Shown: positions 18,268-28,629, counted from the stretch's first letter. The stretch is 64,000 nt of DNA from Candidatus Latescibacterota bacterium (GCA_965116875.1 OZ220733.1:896001-960000); one strand, 5' to 3'. The notes: generated by a model not told the origin, from the letters alone. Numbers and translations are program-made.

Positions 18268-19501
18268 TTCCCTGTTTCCCCGCTCACTGGAACCCGTCAT
18301 CCGTGAGGCGTTGGCCGATACGCCGGTGGTCTGTGTACTCGGACCGCGGCAGAGCGGGAAGACTACGCTCGTGCGGCAACTCGCGCCCGAACGCGCATAC
18401 GTCAGCCTGGATGAGCACAACTACCATCAGACCGCCCTGACCGATCCGGCCGGTTTCGTCGCCAGCCTGCCGGAGACGGTGACGCTTGACGAGGTGCAAC
18501 GGGCGCCGGCGCTGCTCCCCGCCATCAAGCACGCCGTGGACCAGGATCGCCGTCCCGGTCGATTCGTGCTGACCGGCTCGGCCAATCTGTTGCTGGTACC
18601 CACCGTAACCGAATCCCTGGCCGGCCGGATGGAAATCGCGCAGTTGCATCCCTTGACGGAATCCGAAAAAGCGCGCGCGCCGGGCCGCTTCCTCAGTGAC
18701 CTGATCAACGGCGCGATCGAGCCGGGCATCCGGCCGGAGGCGGCGCCCGATGTGCCGTCACTGCCGGACCGGCTGGTCGCCGGCGGCTACCCCGAGCCCC
18801 TGACGCGCACGCCCGTCCGCTCCCGGCAATGGCACAGGCAGTATCTGCGCAGCATCATCGATCGGGACGTGCGGGACGTGGCTCGCGTGAGAGATGCACA
18901 CGAATTGTCCCGCCTGCTGGAGCTGTTGGCCCTTCGCAGCGCCGGACTATTGAACACCAGCAATCTGGCCGATACCCTCGGCCTGGACCGGTCGACGGTC
19001 AATCACTACATCGCCGTGCTCGAGAGGCTCTTTCTGGTACGTCGCTTTCCCGCGTGGCACCGCAACCCGGCCAAACGGCTCGTTAGAGCACCCAAGGTCC
19101 ATCTCTTCGATACCGGGCTGGCCGCAACCCTCGCCGACCTGACCGCGTACGACTGGCTCGGCAGGAGGAACCGCATGGGACATCTGTTGGAATCCTTTGT
19201 GGTGCAGCAACTCACTGCCCAGGCCACGTGGACGGAACCGGATTTGCGTTTCTGGCATTATAGAGACAAGGACCAGGTGGAAGTCGATATCGTCATTACC
19301 CGGGGTCAACAGACCTGGGGCATTGAAGTCAAAGCCGCCCGTACGCTCACTTCCGGCGATGGGAAGGGGCTTGTCCGGCTGGCAGACCGCTGCGGCGAGG
19401 ATTTCCAGTCCGGCGTGCTGCTCTACGCCGGCCGCGATTGCCTCCCCCTTCCCCACAAGCGCGTGCTCGCGGTTCCGCTGAGCGAATTGTGGGAGCGGTA
19501 G
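18254..19501 (+). CDS. AAA+ ATPase (AAA_14) with wHTH and DUF4143 PD-(D/E)XK-like C-terminus
   Basis: GPRQSGKTT, LDEVQR, LTGS, GGYPE, DTGL, YRDKDQVEVDIV..IEVK. Confidence 0.9.
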   Translation: MDASRSLFPRSLEPVIREALADTPVVCVLGPRQSGKTTLVRQLAPERAYVSLDEHNYHQTALTDPAGFVASLPETVTLDEVQRAPALLPAIKHAVDQDRRPGRFVLTGSANLLLVPTVTESLAGRMEIAQLHPLTESEKARAPGRFLSDLINGAIEPGIRPEAAPDVPSLPDRLVAGGYPEPLTRTPVRSRQWHRQYLRSIIDRDVRDVARVRDAHELSRLLELLALRSAGLLNTSNLADTLGLDRSTVNHYIAVLERLFLVRRFPAWHRNPAKRLVRAPKVHLFDTGLAATLADLTAYDWLGRRNRMGHLLESFVVQQLTAQATWTEPDLRFWHYRDKDQVEVDIVITRGQQTWGIEVKAARTLTSGDGKGLVRLADRCGEDFQSGVLLYAGRDCLPLPHKRVLAVPLSELWER

Positions 19502-19525
19502 GGCATGTCCGCGCGCTTTCAATCA

Positions 19526-19589
19526 ACAAATGGACGCATGATTAATCGACAATTGGACGCTTATAAAATCGGCAAATGGACGCCAATCG
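19526..19589 (+). repeat. Triple 23-bp-period repeat CAA(A/T)TGGACGC, downstream copy
   Basis: TGGACGC at 19531, 19554, 19577; 51/64 identical to the upstream block. Confidence 0.9.
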
Positions 19590-19695
19590 GAAAGCTCGGT
19601 TCGACACGCCGGTGATGGATTGCGGGAACGAAGCCGATTTCAGGCAGGTGTGAGCTTTTGTGTTTTTGTGCCTTTTGTGGCCAATGTTTTTTTAG

Positions 19696-21396
19696 CCTGA
19701 TTAATTCATGAATCGTCAGAAGATACAATTTAGGGAAGCAGAAGGAGCTTCCGTGTGATATGAGAAACGACAGTGCCGCTGCCGTGACTGATTTGGCGTG
19801 TCCAAGCCTTTATTGTGGCGTCTGCTGGGAGCACGGTAGCGCCGTTGCGTCAGGTTGACCATCATGTGATGGTCAAGGGGACAGACGTCTCCATGGCCAT
19901 TGTTCGTGTCGATCCAAACATGAAGGCGGGGTCAGCACGTCTAGGGATTTATGGAACAACACCCGTTGCCAGATTATAGAGGATCTTGCCATAAAGGTGT
20001 TTGAGTGGAAACACCGTCGGTAGATGGAACTTGATCCTGGTTTTCAACTCACAAACGCGCGCAGCGACTTTCAAGAGCCGGTTTTGCAGGGTATTGAACT
20101 GTGCGTGGGTCCACTTCGTGCCGCGCAACCCGATCGTCGCCAGGGAATGCATCAGGACATAGGCGGCGCTGTGGAGAAAGAGACGGAAGTGATTGGCCTG
20201 GAAGGTGTGACAAGAGGTGCGATCGGAACAGAGAAAGGTCTTGTGATTCTTGATGAAGTTTTCCATCCTGCCGCGTGAGCAATAGACGGTTTTGTAGATG
20301 CGTGACGGTTGGGCGTGTTGCAGGTTGGTGACCACGAATCGGATATTATCTCCTTGAGGTGTCACTTCCGCCTTGCAGACGATGCGTTGTGGACAATCCC
20401 AGGTCTTCGCCTGATAGTTCCAGCAGCGATAAAGGCGCACGGTTTTTCCCGAAACGGCATACGACGTCTTGGCCTGGTCCATCAAGGACTGTGCCTTCCG
20501 CAGGAGTATGGGGTTGCTGTTCTGTCCGAGGACAAAATACACATCTTCTTCCTCACACAACGCGTGCACTTCCGGACACGAAAAATGCGCATCGCCACGT
20601 AACAGGATCGCCACGTCGGGCCAGGCTTTACGCAGGTAGGCGATCACCCGTTTAAGGATGGTGACGATCTCTTTTCCCGTGGGCCGCCTGCCAGGGCGCA
20701 AGACCGTCGTGATCAACTTGCCGGTCCGGCCTTCATAGATATGCAGGGGCTGGTAGCAATACCCCTTGAAATACGCATTGAACAACGACAACTGTTGAGA
20801 CCCATACACCTTGTCTTCGGTGTCATCGATATCCAACAGGATGGCTTCAGGCGGTTCCTCATACGAGGCGATAAACACGTCCGCAAAGGCCCTGGCGATC
20901 CGAAACAAATCGGTTCTGCTGATCCGGTTCTCGAACCGACTCATCGTGGGTTGACTGGCCAGCGCCGCACCGGAAAGCGGCAACCGATCACAGGCCGCCT
21001 TGAAACCGGGGTCCTCGCGTAACGTATTGCAATCGTTCGCATCCTCATAGCCGCAGGCCATCTGAAAGACACGTTGCTTGACCAGATCCACCGTGGCGTG
21101 ATCCACGTAACTTTGATGCCGACGATCCGTGATGGCCTCAACGATCCCATACAAAATGCCGATTTTGGCCTCCACCTCACGAAGCAGCATCACCCCGCTG
21201 TCGCTGGTCAGGATGCCTCCATCGAACGTGGCTTCTACCTGTTTGCCAGAAAGACTTGCGAAAGACATCCTGTGATGCTTATCTTGACCTTCCACGGTAG
21301 TTTCCTCCTGTGTCATTGTGTGATGGTTATGACCGTAACCATATTATAATACAATGACTTGGGTATGGAAACTACCTTTTTTATGAATTATTCGGG
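19696..21396 (-). mobile_element. IS1380 family insertion sequence, apparently intact
   Basis: Terminal IRs CCTGATTAATTCAT / ATGAATTATTCGGG, 1.7 kb, flanks TTAG and CTAG. Confidence 0.85.
19949..21316 (-). CDS. IS1380 family transposase
   Basis: FDGGILTSDSG, GYEDAND, ASQPTMSRFEN, LDIDDT, RGDAHF, YCSRGRMEN. Confidence 0.95.
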   Translation of the reverse strand: MTQEETTVEGQDKHHRMSFASLSGKQVEATFDGGILTSDSGVMLLREVEAKIGILYGIVEAITDRRHQSYVDHATVDLVKQRVFQMACGYEDANDCNTLREDPGFKAACDRLPLSGAALASQPTMSRFENRISRTDLFRIARAFADVFIASYEEPPEAILLDIDDTEDKVYGSQQLSLFNAYFKGYCYQPLHIYEGRTGKLITTVLRPGRRPTGKEIVTILKRVIAYLRKAWPDVAILLRGDAHFSCPEVHALCEEEDVYFVLGQNSNPILLRKAQSLMDQAKTSYAVSGKTVRLYRCWNYQAKTWDCPQRIVCKAEVTPQGDNIRFVVTNLQHAQPSRIYKTVYCSRGRMENFIKNHKTFLCSDRTSCHTFQANHFRLFLHSAAYVLMHSLATIGLRGTKWTHAQFNTLQNRLLKVAARVCELKTRIKFHLPTVFPLKHLYGKILYNLATGVVP

Positions 21397-21516
21397 CTAG
21401 GTAAACCGGAAGAGCAGGACAATGGCCACAAAAAGCACAGAAGGCACAGAGAGACCGGATGCGATCACTCGGACTTGCTGACCGGGTGAACTGACGCCTA
21501 TATTCGGATAAACGGA

Positions 21517-21768
21517 ATGAAGACGACGCGTTACTTTGAGGAGCAGGTGCTGCGAAAGCGCCCTTATATCAATCCTGACTGGTGCGTTGACGTCATCGCC
21601 TCCCCACTTCGACGCGAAATACAGCCGGACGGTCGTATACGCTTCTGGGGCGAAGTCTCCCACCCAGTGGATGACGTACCGCGCATTCTGCGAGTCGTAA
21701 CGTTGGAAGATGGCAAGACAATCCACAACGCTTTCTTTGATCGCGGTTTTCGAAAGGAAGGGCCATGA
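21517..21768 (+). CDS. Putative toxin (DUF4258 / RelE-like)
   Basis: 83 aa, QPDGRIRFW, ILRVVTLEDGKTIHNAFFDR; overlaps the DUF2283 gene. Confidence 0.65.
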   Translation: MKTTRYFEEQVLRKRPYINPDWCVDVIASPLRREIQPDGRIRFWGEVSHPVDDVPRILRVVTLEDGKTIHNAFFDRGFRKEGP

Positions 21769-21980
21769 AACTCCACTATTATCCCGAAACCGATAGCCTG
21801 TATGTCGAGTTTAAATCAGGTCCGGGCACCGAAACGCGGGAGGTCGCAAACGGGCTGAATGTCGATCTCGACGCCAACGGGGACGTCGTAGGCTTCGACA
21901 TCGACGCGGCTTCCAGGCGTCTCGATCTTTCTACGCTTGAGACGGAGGCGCTGCCTGTACACGCGTACAAGATGGGCTGA
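21765..21980 (+). CDS. DUF2283 domain protein (putative antitoxin)
   Basis: YYPETDSLYV..VDLDANGDVVGFDI. Confidence 0.85.
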   Translation: MKLHYYPETDSLYVEFKSGPGTETREVANGLNVDLDANGDVVGFDIDAASRRLDLSTLETEALPVHAYKMG

Positions 21981-22005
21981 TGACTGCTTACCTATGGAGT
22001 CCTAT

Positions 22006-23418
22006 ATGAAATGTGTTCTTCACCCCCGCCCTTGCGCCCTGATCGCAATTGGCGCTGTCCTGTTCCTGTTTGCCGTTCCCTCCGAAGCGGGTCCCGCGGA
22101 CGGATCGCGGTTGACCCTGGAGGCGTGTCTCCGGCAGGCCCTCTCCGCCAACCGTCAGTTGCAGGCCGCCGGGTTCGCGGCGGAGAAGGCGACCTGGGAC
22201 CGCCGGAACGCGTGGTCGCAGTTCGCCCCGAGGGTCAGCTTCAACACGGAGGTGACCCGGATTGACGAGCAGACGCTGGCCGAGCGGGACTTCTCCCGGT
22301 ATTTCCCTCTGGAGATCCCCGTGCCCAGGGTGGCGTTCCGCACCTCCTATTACTCATCGTTCCAGGCGCATATTCCCATCTTCGACGCGGAGTTGATCAA
22401 CGGCGTTTCCGTTGCAACCACGGGACAGGCCGCGGCCGAGCGGACCCGGGAAGCCATACGGGACCGGATCCTGCTCCAGGTCACGTCCGGATACCTGGAC
22501 GTACTGAAACGCGGCGCGATGCTCGAACTGCAGCGGGAATTCCTCGTCCTGACCGGGCTGAACGTGGAGAAGGCCGAAAGGATGCACCGCGCGGGCCGAT
22601 ATTCGAAGCTGGACCTGCTGCGATGGCAGGTGGAGCACCAGCAGCAGAAGAGCAGCGTGGCCGCGGGTGTGTCCGCGTTGCGGGATGCGACGGTCCGCCT
22701 CCGCCGGGTGCTCAACCTCCGCACGCTGCACGCCGATGCGCTGGTCGACCGGGTCCCGGACCGGATCGAGGCGGAGGTGACGCGCGTGGCCGGCCTGTCG
22801 GAATCGGAAATCCGCAGATTTGCCGGTGTGGACAGCCGGACGCTCGTGAACGGAAACGCTATGCTTGCCGCCGCCGAACAGGACCGCGAACGCAGCCGGC
22901 TCGTGTACCGGGGGCAATACTCGAGCTATCTGCCCGACGTATCTCTCAGTTATTCCACGGCGTGGAGGCGAAACGATACCCTGGCCCTGGACGACTACAG
23001 ACCTTCGACGGTGATGCTCAATCTGTCGGTCCCGCTGTTCACCGGGTTCCGCAATCTGTCGAGACTGAAGTCCGCGCAGTTCAGTTACCGCGCCCAGGAT
23101 ACGCGCTTTTCGGACCTGGTGGACGAAACGCGGCAGGCGCTCGGCGAGACGGTCAACCGGATCGTCAATCTGAAAACCCAGCGGGAACTGATCCGGACCA
23201 GCCTGGCGTTCAATGAGAACAACTACCGGATCGTCTCCCGCGAAAAGGAAATGGGGCGGGCTTCGAACCTCGACGTCATCGATGCGAAGCTGAACCTGCA
23301 GAACGCCCGATTGCTGGAAATCACAACGCTATTCGACCTCACATCGGCGGTGATCGAGCTGCGCTATCTGATGGGCGGCCTCGACGATCTGATCGAAGAA
23401 ATCGTGGAGTCAAAATGA
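22006..23418 (+). CDS. TolC family outer membrane protein
   Basis: Signal peptide, LTLEACLRQAL, LSVPLFTGF, first gene of RND operon. Confidence 0.85.
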   Translation: MKCVLHPRPCALIAIGAVLFLFAVPSEAGPADGSRLTLEACLRQALSANRQLQAAGFAAEKATWDRRNAWSQFAPRVSFNTEVTRIDEQTLAERDFSRYFPLEIPVPRVAFRTSYYSSFQAHIPIFDAELINGVSVATTGQAAAERTREAIRDRILLQVTSGYLDVLKRGAMLELQREFLVLTGLNVEKAERMHRAGRYSKLDLLRWQVEHQQQKSSVAAGVSALRDATVRLRRVLNLRTLHADALVDRVPDRIEAEVTRVAGLSESEIRRFAGVDSRTLVNGNAMLAAAEQDRERSRLVYRGQYSSYLPDVSLSYSTAWRRNDTLALDDYRPSTVMLNLSVPLFTGFRNLSRLKSAQFSYRAQDTRFSDLVDETRQALGETVNRIVNLKTQRELIRTSLAFNENNYRIVSREKEMGRASNLDVIDAKLNLQNARLLEITTLFDLTSAVIELRYLMGGLDDLIEEIVESK

Positions 23419-24524
23419 GAAACAGGGAACCGGCGGTTTTCACCATGCTCGCGCTGTGCACACTCTTGATTTCGTGCGGGCCGCAGGAGGCGCCCGACGC
23501 GGGCGGGTCGGCCGAGCCGGGCGTGGATACGGTGCGGGCGGTCCCGGTCAGCGCCAGGGTTGTGCGGCAGGAACAGGTGGAAGAGGCCGTTGAGGTCACG
23601 GGCGTTATCGCGCCGCGCCGGGCGGTGGACGTGGTTTCGGAGACCGGCGGGAGGCTGACCCGCGTCACGGCCGCTGTTGGCGCGCGCGTCTCGGCGGGCG
23701 ACACCCTCGCGGTGATCGACGACCGCGTGGCCGCAAGCCGGCTGGAACACGCGAAGGCGCAGGTCCTCTCCGCCCGGAACAAACTGAAGATCGCGCGGCT
23801 GAATTTCGAGAGCGACCGTCAACTCCTCGACTCGGGGGACATTTCCAGGCTCGCGTTCGAGACGTCCCGCTTTACCGTCAAATCCGCCGAAGCCGAACTG
23901 AAATCGAACCAGGCGGAGCTGAGCCGCGCCCGGAAGGGATTCGAAGACACGCGGCTGACCAGCCCGTTCGACGGATGGGTATCCAGGAAGCACGTCGAAC
24001 TCGGCGCGATGATATCGGTCGGCAAGGCCGCCTTCAGGGTGGTCGATCTGACAACGACGAAGATCACGCTCGGCATCGCCCAGGCGGCCATCGGCCGCGT
24101 AACGCCGGGCGGGGCCGTACGCGTAACCGTCGATGCGCTGGGCGGCCGGACGTACGATGGGCACGTCCGTCACGTTTCCCCCCAGGCCGAGGCGGCGACC
24201 GGCGCGTTTCCCGTCGAGGTCCACCTGGCAAATACGCCCGGCATGACGATTCGAGCGGGAATGACCGCCCGATGCCGCGTGATTCTGGGGGATTCAGGTC
24301 TCCAGTTCGTCGTTCCCGGGAACGCGGTGGTCGCCAGGGACGGCAGGGAGTACGTCTACCGGATCCGGGACGGCGTCGCGCGACTCACCGAGGTGAAGAC
24401 GCGGCAGACGTTCGGCGCTCACGTGGCCGTGGAAACGGGCATCGAGCAGGGGGATTCGATTGTGGTGGACGGCATGAACCGCCTGGGCGCGGCAACGAAT
24501 GTAACCATTCGCCCCTCAAGATAG
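23415..24524 (+). CDS. RND efflux periplasmic adaptor subunit
   Basis: Lipobox LISC, GDTLAVID, SPFDG. Confidence 0.9.
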   Translation: MRNREPAVFTMLALCTLLISCGPQEAPDAGGSAEPGVDTVRAVPVSARVVRQEQVEEAVEVTGVIAPRRAVDVVSETGGRLTRVTAAVGARVSAGDTLAVIDDRVAASRLEHAKAQVLSARNKLKIARLNFESDRQLLDSGDISRLAFETSRFTVKSAEAELKSNQAELSRARKGFEDTRLTSPFDGWVSRKHVELGAMISVGKAAFRVVDLTTTKITLGIAQAAIGRVTPGGAVRVTVDALGGRTYDGHVRHVSPQAEAATGAFPVEVHLANTPGMTIRAGMTARCRVILGDSGLQFVVPGNAVVARDGREYVYRIRDGVARLTEVKTRQTFGAHVAVETGIEQGDSIVVDGMNRLGAATNVTIRPSR

Positions 24525-24569
24525 GTGCGGCGGCGGTTGAAGAGTTCCAAACCGTGAGGCATTCCTGAT

Positions 24570-27500
24570 ATGTCGATCGCGAAATTTTCAGTCCGAAATC
24601 CGGTTTTCGTGAACTTGGTCATGGTCGGACTGTTCTGCTTTGGCGCCATCTGTCTCGTCAGCATGCCGCAGGAATTGAATCCGCAGATCGACTTCAACTG
24701 GGTGATTGTCTCGATTCCGTACCCCGGCGCAAGCCCGGAAGAGGTGGAAAGCCTGATTGTAGAACCGGTCGAGGCCGAGGTACACGATCTGGACAAGATC
24801 GATGAATTGCAGTCTTCGGCGGGCGAAGGCCTGGCCCTGTTCCTGATCAAGTTCGAAGACATGTCGGAGTCGGAATTCAGGGAGATCTACACGGACCTCA
24901 AGGCACGTATCGACCGTGTGGCCCTTCCGGATGAGGCCGAGGACCCGCACGTGGACGACTTCGACAGCGGCGACTTTCTGCCCATCCTCACGGTCAACAT
25001 GGCATATACGATTCCGGAAGAGAACGCGCAGATTGTCGCGGAAGACCTCGAGGAGGACCTGAAGAATCTATCCGGTGTCGCCCGCATTCAGGTCGCCGGC
25101 CTTCCCGATCGGGAAATCTGGATCGAGGTGGATCCCTCCGGATTGACCGCACGCGGTCTCTCTGTCCTCGACGTGGTCCGGGCGCTGCGGGCCAGAAACC
25201 TGAACCTCCCCGGGGGCACCCTCACCTACCGAGCGAAGGAATACGCGATCCGGTCCCTGGCCGAGTTCCGGAACGTGGAGGAGATTCGCGAGACGATCAT
25301 CCGGGCGACCCCGGGCGGCGAGACCGTGAGAATCCGCGACGTCGCAAGGGTCCAGGACCGCCGCGAGGAACCCGAAGTACTCTCCCGGCTGAACGGCGAA
25401 CCGTCCATCACGTTCTCTCTGTCGAAGTCGGCCGACGCGAATACAAACGACGTGATCCAGGCCGTCAAGGAGACGGTCAGCCGCTATGAGGACCGCGTCC
25501 CGGACGGAATCAGCTTCAGCTTTACCGATGACAATTCCGTGTACATCAACCGGGTGATCGAGGCGCTCCGGAACAACGCCATCACCGGAATGATCCTCAT
25601 TTCACTCGTTCTGTGGCTCTTCCTGGGGTCCTGGAACGCCTTCCTGGCAACGCTCGGCATCCCCATCTCGTTCTTCATCACCTTCATCCTGTTGAGTTTT
25701 TCCGGGTACACCATCAACGGGAGCACGCTGTTCGCCATGGTGATGGTGCTGGGCATCATCGTGGATGACGCCATCATCGTGATCGAGAACTGTCACCGGT
25801 ACCGGCTGCAGGGCCGTAGCGCCAGCGAGTCCGCGGTCCTCGGCGCGAGTGAGGTGACAACGCCGATCCTCAGTTCCGTAGGCACCAACGTCGCCGCGTT
25901 TCTTCCGCTGATCCTTCTGCCGGACGTGATGGGCAAGTTCATGCGCGTCATCCCGCTGACCTTCGCGCTGGCGCTGGTCGCATCCGTTTTCGAGGCCTTC
26001 GTCCTTCTGCCCTCCCACTACGCGGAATGGACCCGGCGGTCCAATGCCCACAAGCGCGGCGAACAGCCGTTCTTCAGGAAACTCCGCAGGGTGTACAGTC
26101 GTCTGCTGGTCCGCACGCTCCGCCGCCGCTACTGGGTCATCGGATGCCTTGTCGCCGTGCTGGCGGGGGCTGTGATGCTCATTCCGCTGCTGGGGGTGGA
26201 TTTCTATTCCGGCGAGGAGTTCGACGCGTTCAAGGTCCTCATCAAGTTCCCCGAAGGAACGAGCCTGGACGAGTCGGACCGCGTCACGCGCGCCTACGAG
26301 GCCGAGGCGCTCCGGCTTCCCGGCGAGGACGTGGAGGGCGTGGTCACCAACGTCGGTCTGCTGCAGAGCAACACCGAGTGGCTGACCCGAAAGAGCGTTT
26401 CCCAGGTCATCGTGCAGCTGAAGCCCAGGGAAGAGCGCGCAAGAATGTCGGATGAGCTGATTGCCGTGCTCCGGGAACGCACGGAGCACATCGCCGGACC
26501 CGCGTCGGTCGTCTTCGAGAAATTCACCGGCGGGCCGCCCGAAGGCAAGCCCATCTCGGTGAAGGTTCAGGGTCGCTATCTCGACCGGATGAAGGAGGCG
26601 GCGCTTGCGCTGCAGGACTCGCTGCGCCGGATCCCGGGCACGCTGGAGGTGACCGACGATTTTCCGCCGGGCAAGGACGCGATCCGGATCGAAGTGGACG
26701 AAGTGCGCGCGGCCCTGTACGGGTTCACGGCGCAGGAGGTCGCCCTGAACGTTCGATACGCGTTCGACGGTGTGGAGGCGACGAAGTTCAGGGACGGAGA
26801 CGAAGAGGTGGGGGTCATCGTGCAGTATGCCCGGGAGAATCGCGCGGCCGTGGAAGACGTGCTGAACGTGCAGGTGACGAACCCGGCCGGCGGGACGGTG
26901 GCGCTGAGGGACATGGTCTCGTTCTCAATCGGTCCGGGCCGAACGCAGATTCAGCGCTTCGACCAGAAGCGGACCATTTTCGTCACCGGGGAGGTCGACG
27001 AAGCCGTTACGCAATTGAGCCAGATCAATGACAGAATGCTCGAAATCTTCCCCTCGATCGAGGCACGATTCTCCGACGTGAGCTTCGTGATCGGGGGCGA
27101 GTTTACGGATTTCATGGAGGCGTTCGAAGATATCGCGGCCCTTTTCGCGATCAGCCTGATCCTGATGTTCGTAATCCTGGGGACGCAGTTCAACTCGTAC
27201 GCGCAGCCGCTGGTCATCCTGACAGCCGTTCCGTTCGCAATCATCGGCGCGCTGCTCGGCCTGCTGATTTCGAGGAATCCGTTCAGTCTGACCGCGATGT
27301 TCGGGTTTGTCGGTCTGGCGGGTATCGTCGTCAACGACGCCATAGTCATGGTCGCCTTCATCAACAGGCGGCGGCGCGCGGACGGCTCCGTGACGAACAT
27401 CTGGCGGAGCATCGTCAACGCGGGACGCCTCCGGCTGCGGCCGATCATCCTGACGTCGGTCACGACAATCTCGGGCCTGCTGCCCATGGCGATCGGCATC

Positions 27501-27686
27501 GGCGGGAAGTCGGCCCTCTGGTCGCCGCTGGCCAACGTCATCCTTTTCGGATTGCTGGTCTCGACAATCCTGACGTTATTTGTCATCCCCTGCTTCATGG
27601 CCGCCCTGGACGATATCAAACGGGAGCGAAAGAAGGCGCGCCTGCGGGCGGACGAACAGGATTCACGGACATACGCTCAGAGTTGA
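24570..27686 (+). CDS. RND efflux transporter permease (AcrB family)
   Basis: YPGASPEEVE, GIIVDDAIIVIEN, RLRPIILTS; 1038 aa. Confidence 0.95.
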   Translation: MSIAKFSVRNPVFVNLVMVGLFCFGAICLVSMPQELNPQIDFNWVIVSIPYPGASPEEVESLIVEPVEAEVHDLDKIDELQSSAGEGLALFLIKFEDMSESEFREIYTDLKARIDRVALPDEAEDPHVDDFDSGDFLPILTVNMAYTIPEENAQIVAEDLEEDLKNLSGVARIQVAGLPDREIWIEVDPSGLTARGLSVLDVVRALRARNLNLPGGTLTYRAKEYAIRSLAEFRNVEEIRETIIRATPGGETVRIRDVARVQDRREEPEVLSRLNGEPSITFSLSKSADANTNDVIQAVKETVSRYEDRVPDGISFSFTDDNSVYINRVIEALRNNAITGMILISLVLWLFLGSWNAFLATLGIPISFFITFILLSFSGYTINGSTLFAMVMVLGIIVDDAIIVIENCHRYRLQGRSASESAVLGASEVTTPILSSVGTNVAAFLPLILLPDVMGKFMRVIPLTFALALVASVFEAFVLLPSHYAEWTRRSNAHKRGEQPFFRKLRRVYSRLLVRTLRRRYWVIGCLVAVLAGAVMLIPLLGVDFYSGEEFDAFKVLIKFPEGTSLDESDRVTRAYEAEALRLPGEDVEGVVTNVGLLQSNTEWLTRKSVSQVIVQLKPREERARMSDELIAVLRERTEHIAGPASVVFEKFTGGPPEGKPISVKVQGRYLDRMKEAALALQDSLRRIPGTLEVTDDFPPGKDAIRIEVDEVRAALYGFTAQEVALNVRYAFDGVEATKFRDGDEEVGVIVQYARENRAAVEDVLNVQVTNPAGGTVALRDMVSFSIGPGRTQIQRFDQKRTIFVTGEVDEAVTQLSQINDRMLEIFPSIEARFSDVSFVIGGEFTDFMEAFEDIAALFAISLILMFVILGTQFNSYAQPLVILTAVPFAIIGALLGLLISRNPFSLTAMFGFVGLAGIVVNDAIVMVAFINRRRRADGSVTNIWRSIVNAGRLRLRPIILTSVTTISGLLPMAIGIGGKSALWSPLANVILFGLLVSTILTLFVIPCFMAALDDIKRERKKARLRADEQDSRTYAQS

Positions 27687-27718
27687 CGGTCGGCTGGCGT
27701 TAACCAAAGGAGACATCG

Positions 27719-28612
27719 ATGGCACTGACGGAAACGGAACTGAGACAATACGAGGAACAGGGCGCGGTCACGGTTGACAGCCCGTTTACAACCGCCGAAC
27801 TGGACCGGGCCGAAGCCGCGTGGGACCGCCTGACGGAGAGCGGCCGTCCGTTCTACGAAGAACCGGACTACCTCGACGTCTTTCAGCACCCCTTCTTCGA
27901 AGAAGTGGCCATGGACGTACTCCGCGCGGATGGCGTGCACCTGTGGTGGGGCGTGTCCCCCCATGGCCGGCATCCTTCGAATGCGCCATTCGGGAGCGTA
28001 CGGGATCAATGGGCCGGCGGATGCCACACCGACATCCAGGCCACGTGGGACGACTTCCGGGCAACGCCCCGAAGGATGCGCGCGGAGCTCTGGTTCTGGC
28101 TCAACGACGTGCCGGAGCACCGCGGCGCGATGCGCGTCATTCCCGGCAGCCACCGCCCGATCATGGAATACTGGAACCGCGTCCTGACGCCGGAGCACAA
28201 GGCCATGCTGCCTCGCGTCCACGGCGTGCGTCCGGATCCGCCCGAAGGCGCGCCGGCCTATCCGGAGCATGTCCCGGATCTGGCGGATTCGCCCTGGCTG
28301 GAGCAGGAACCCACGCCCATGGTGGCTCGACGGGGGCAGATGCTGATTCTGTGCAGTTCCGGCCTGCACTCGGCCTGGCAGAATGAGGACAACGTTCCCC
28401 GGAAAGCGATGCTTTCGGCCTGGGCGGCTACGGGCGTTTCGTGCGGACTCCCGAAAGGCCAGCGCGACTCGCTGATGGCCTTCTTCCCGCTTCTGCGCCG
28501 GAAACTGCGGCCCGACCGGGCGCACATCGTTCCGGAGGACTTCGACTGGCTTTTCGAGAGCAACTACGAGCCGAAGTGGTCCGAGACGTTTATCGGGACT
28601 TCGACCGGATAA
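27719..28612 (+). CDS. Phytanoyl-CoA dioxygenase (PhyH) family protein
   Basis: HTD, GAMRVIPGSH, distal LHSA His. Confidence 0.8.
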   Translation: MALTETELRQYEEQGAVTVDSPFTTAELDRAEAAWDRLTESGRPFYEEPDYLDVFQHPFFEEVAMDVLRADGVHLWWGVSPHGRHPSNAPFGSVRDQWAGGCHTDIQATWDDFRATPRRMRAELWFWLNDVPEHRGAMRVIPGSHRPIMEYWNRVLTPEHKAMLPRVHGVRPDPPEGAPAYPEHVPDLADSPWLEQEPTPMVARRGQMLILCSSGLHSAWQNEDNVPRKAMLSAWAATGVSCGLPKGQRDSLMAFFPLLRRKLRPDRAHIVPEDFDWLFESNYEPKWSETFIGTSTG

Positions 28613-28629
28613 CACCAGGAGGAAGTACA

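Noticed and set aside
18204-19589. 23-bp periodic repeats as a CRISPR array
   Set aside because: Conserved part is about 11 bp with about 12-bp linkers, only three units per block, and no cas genes.
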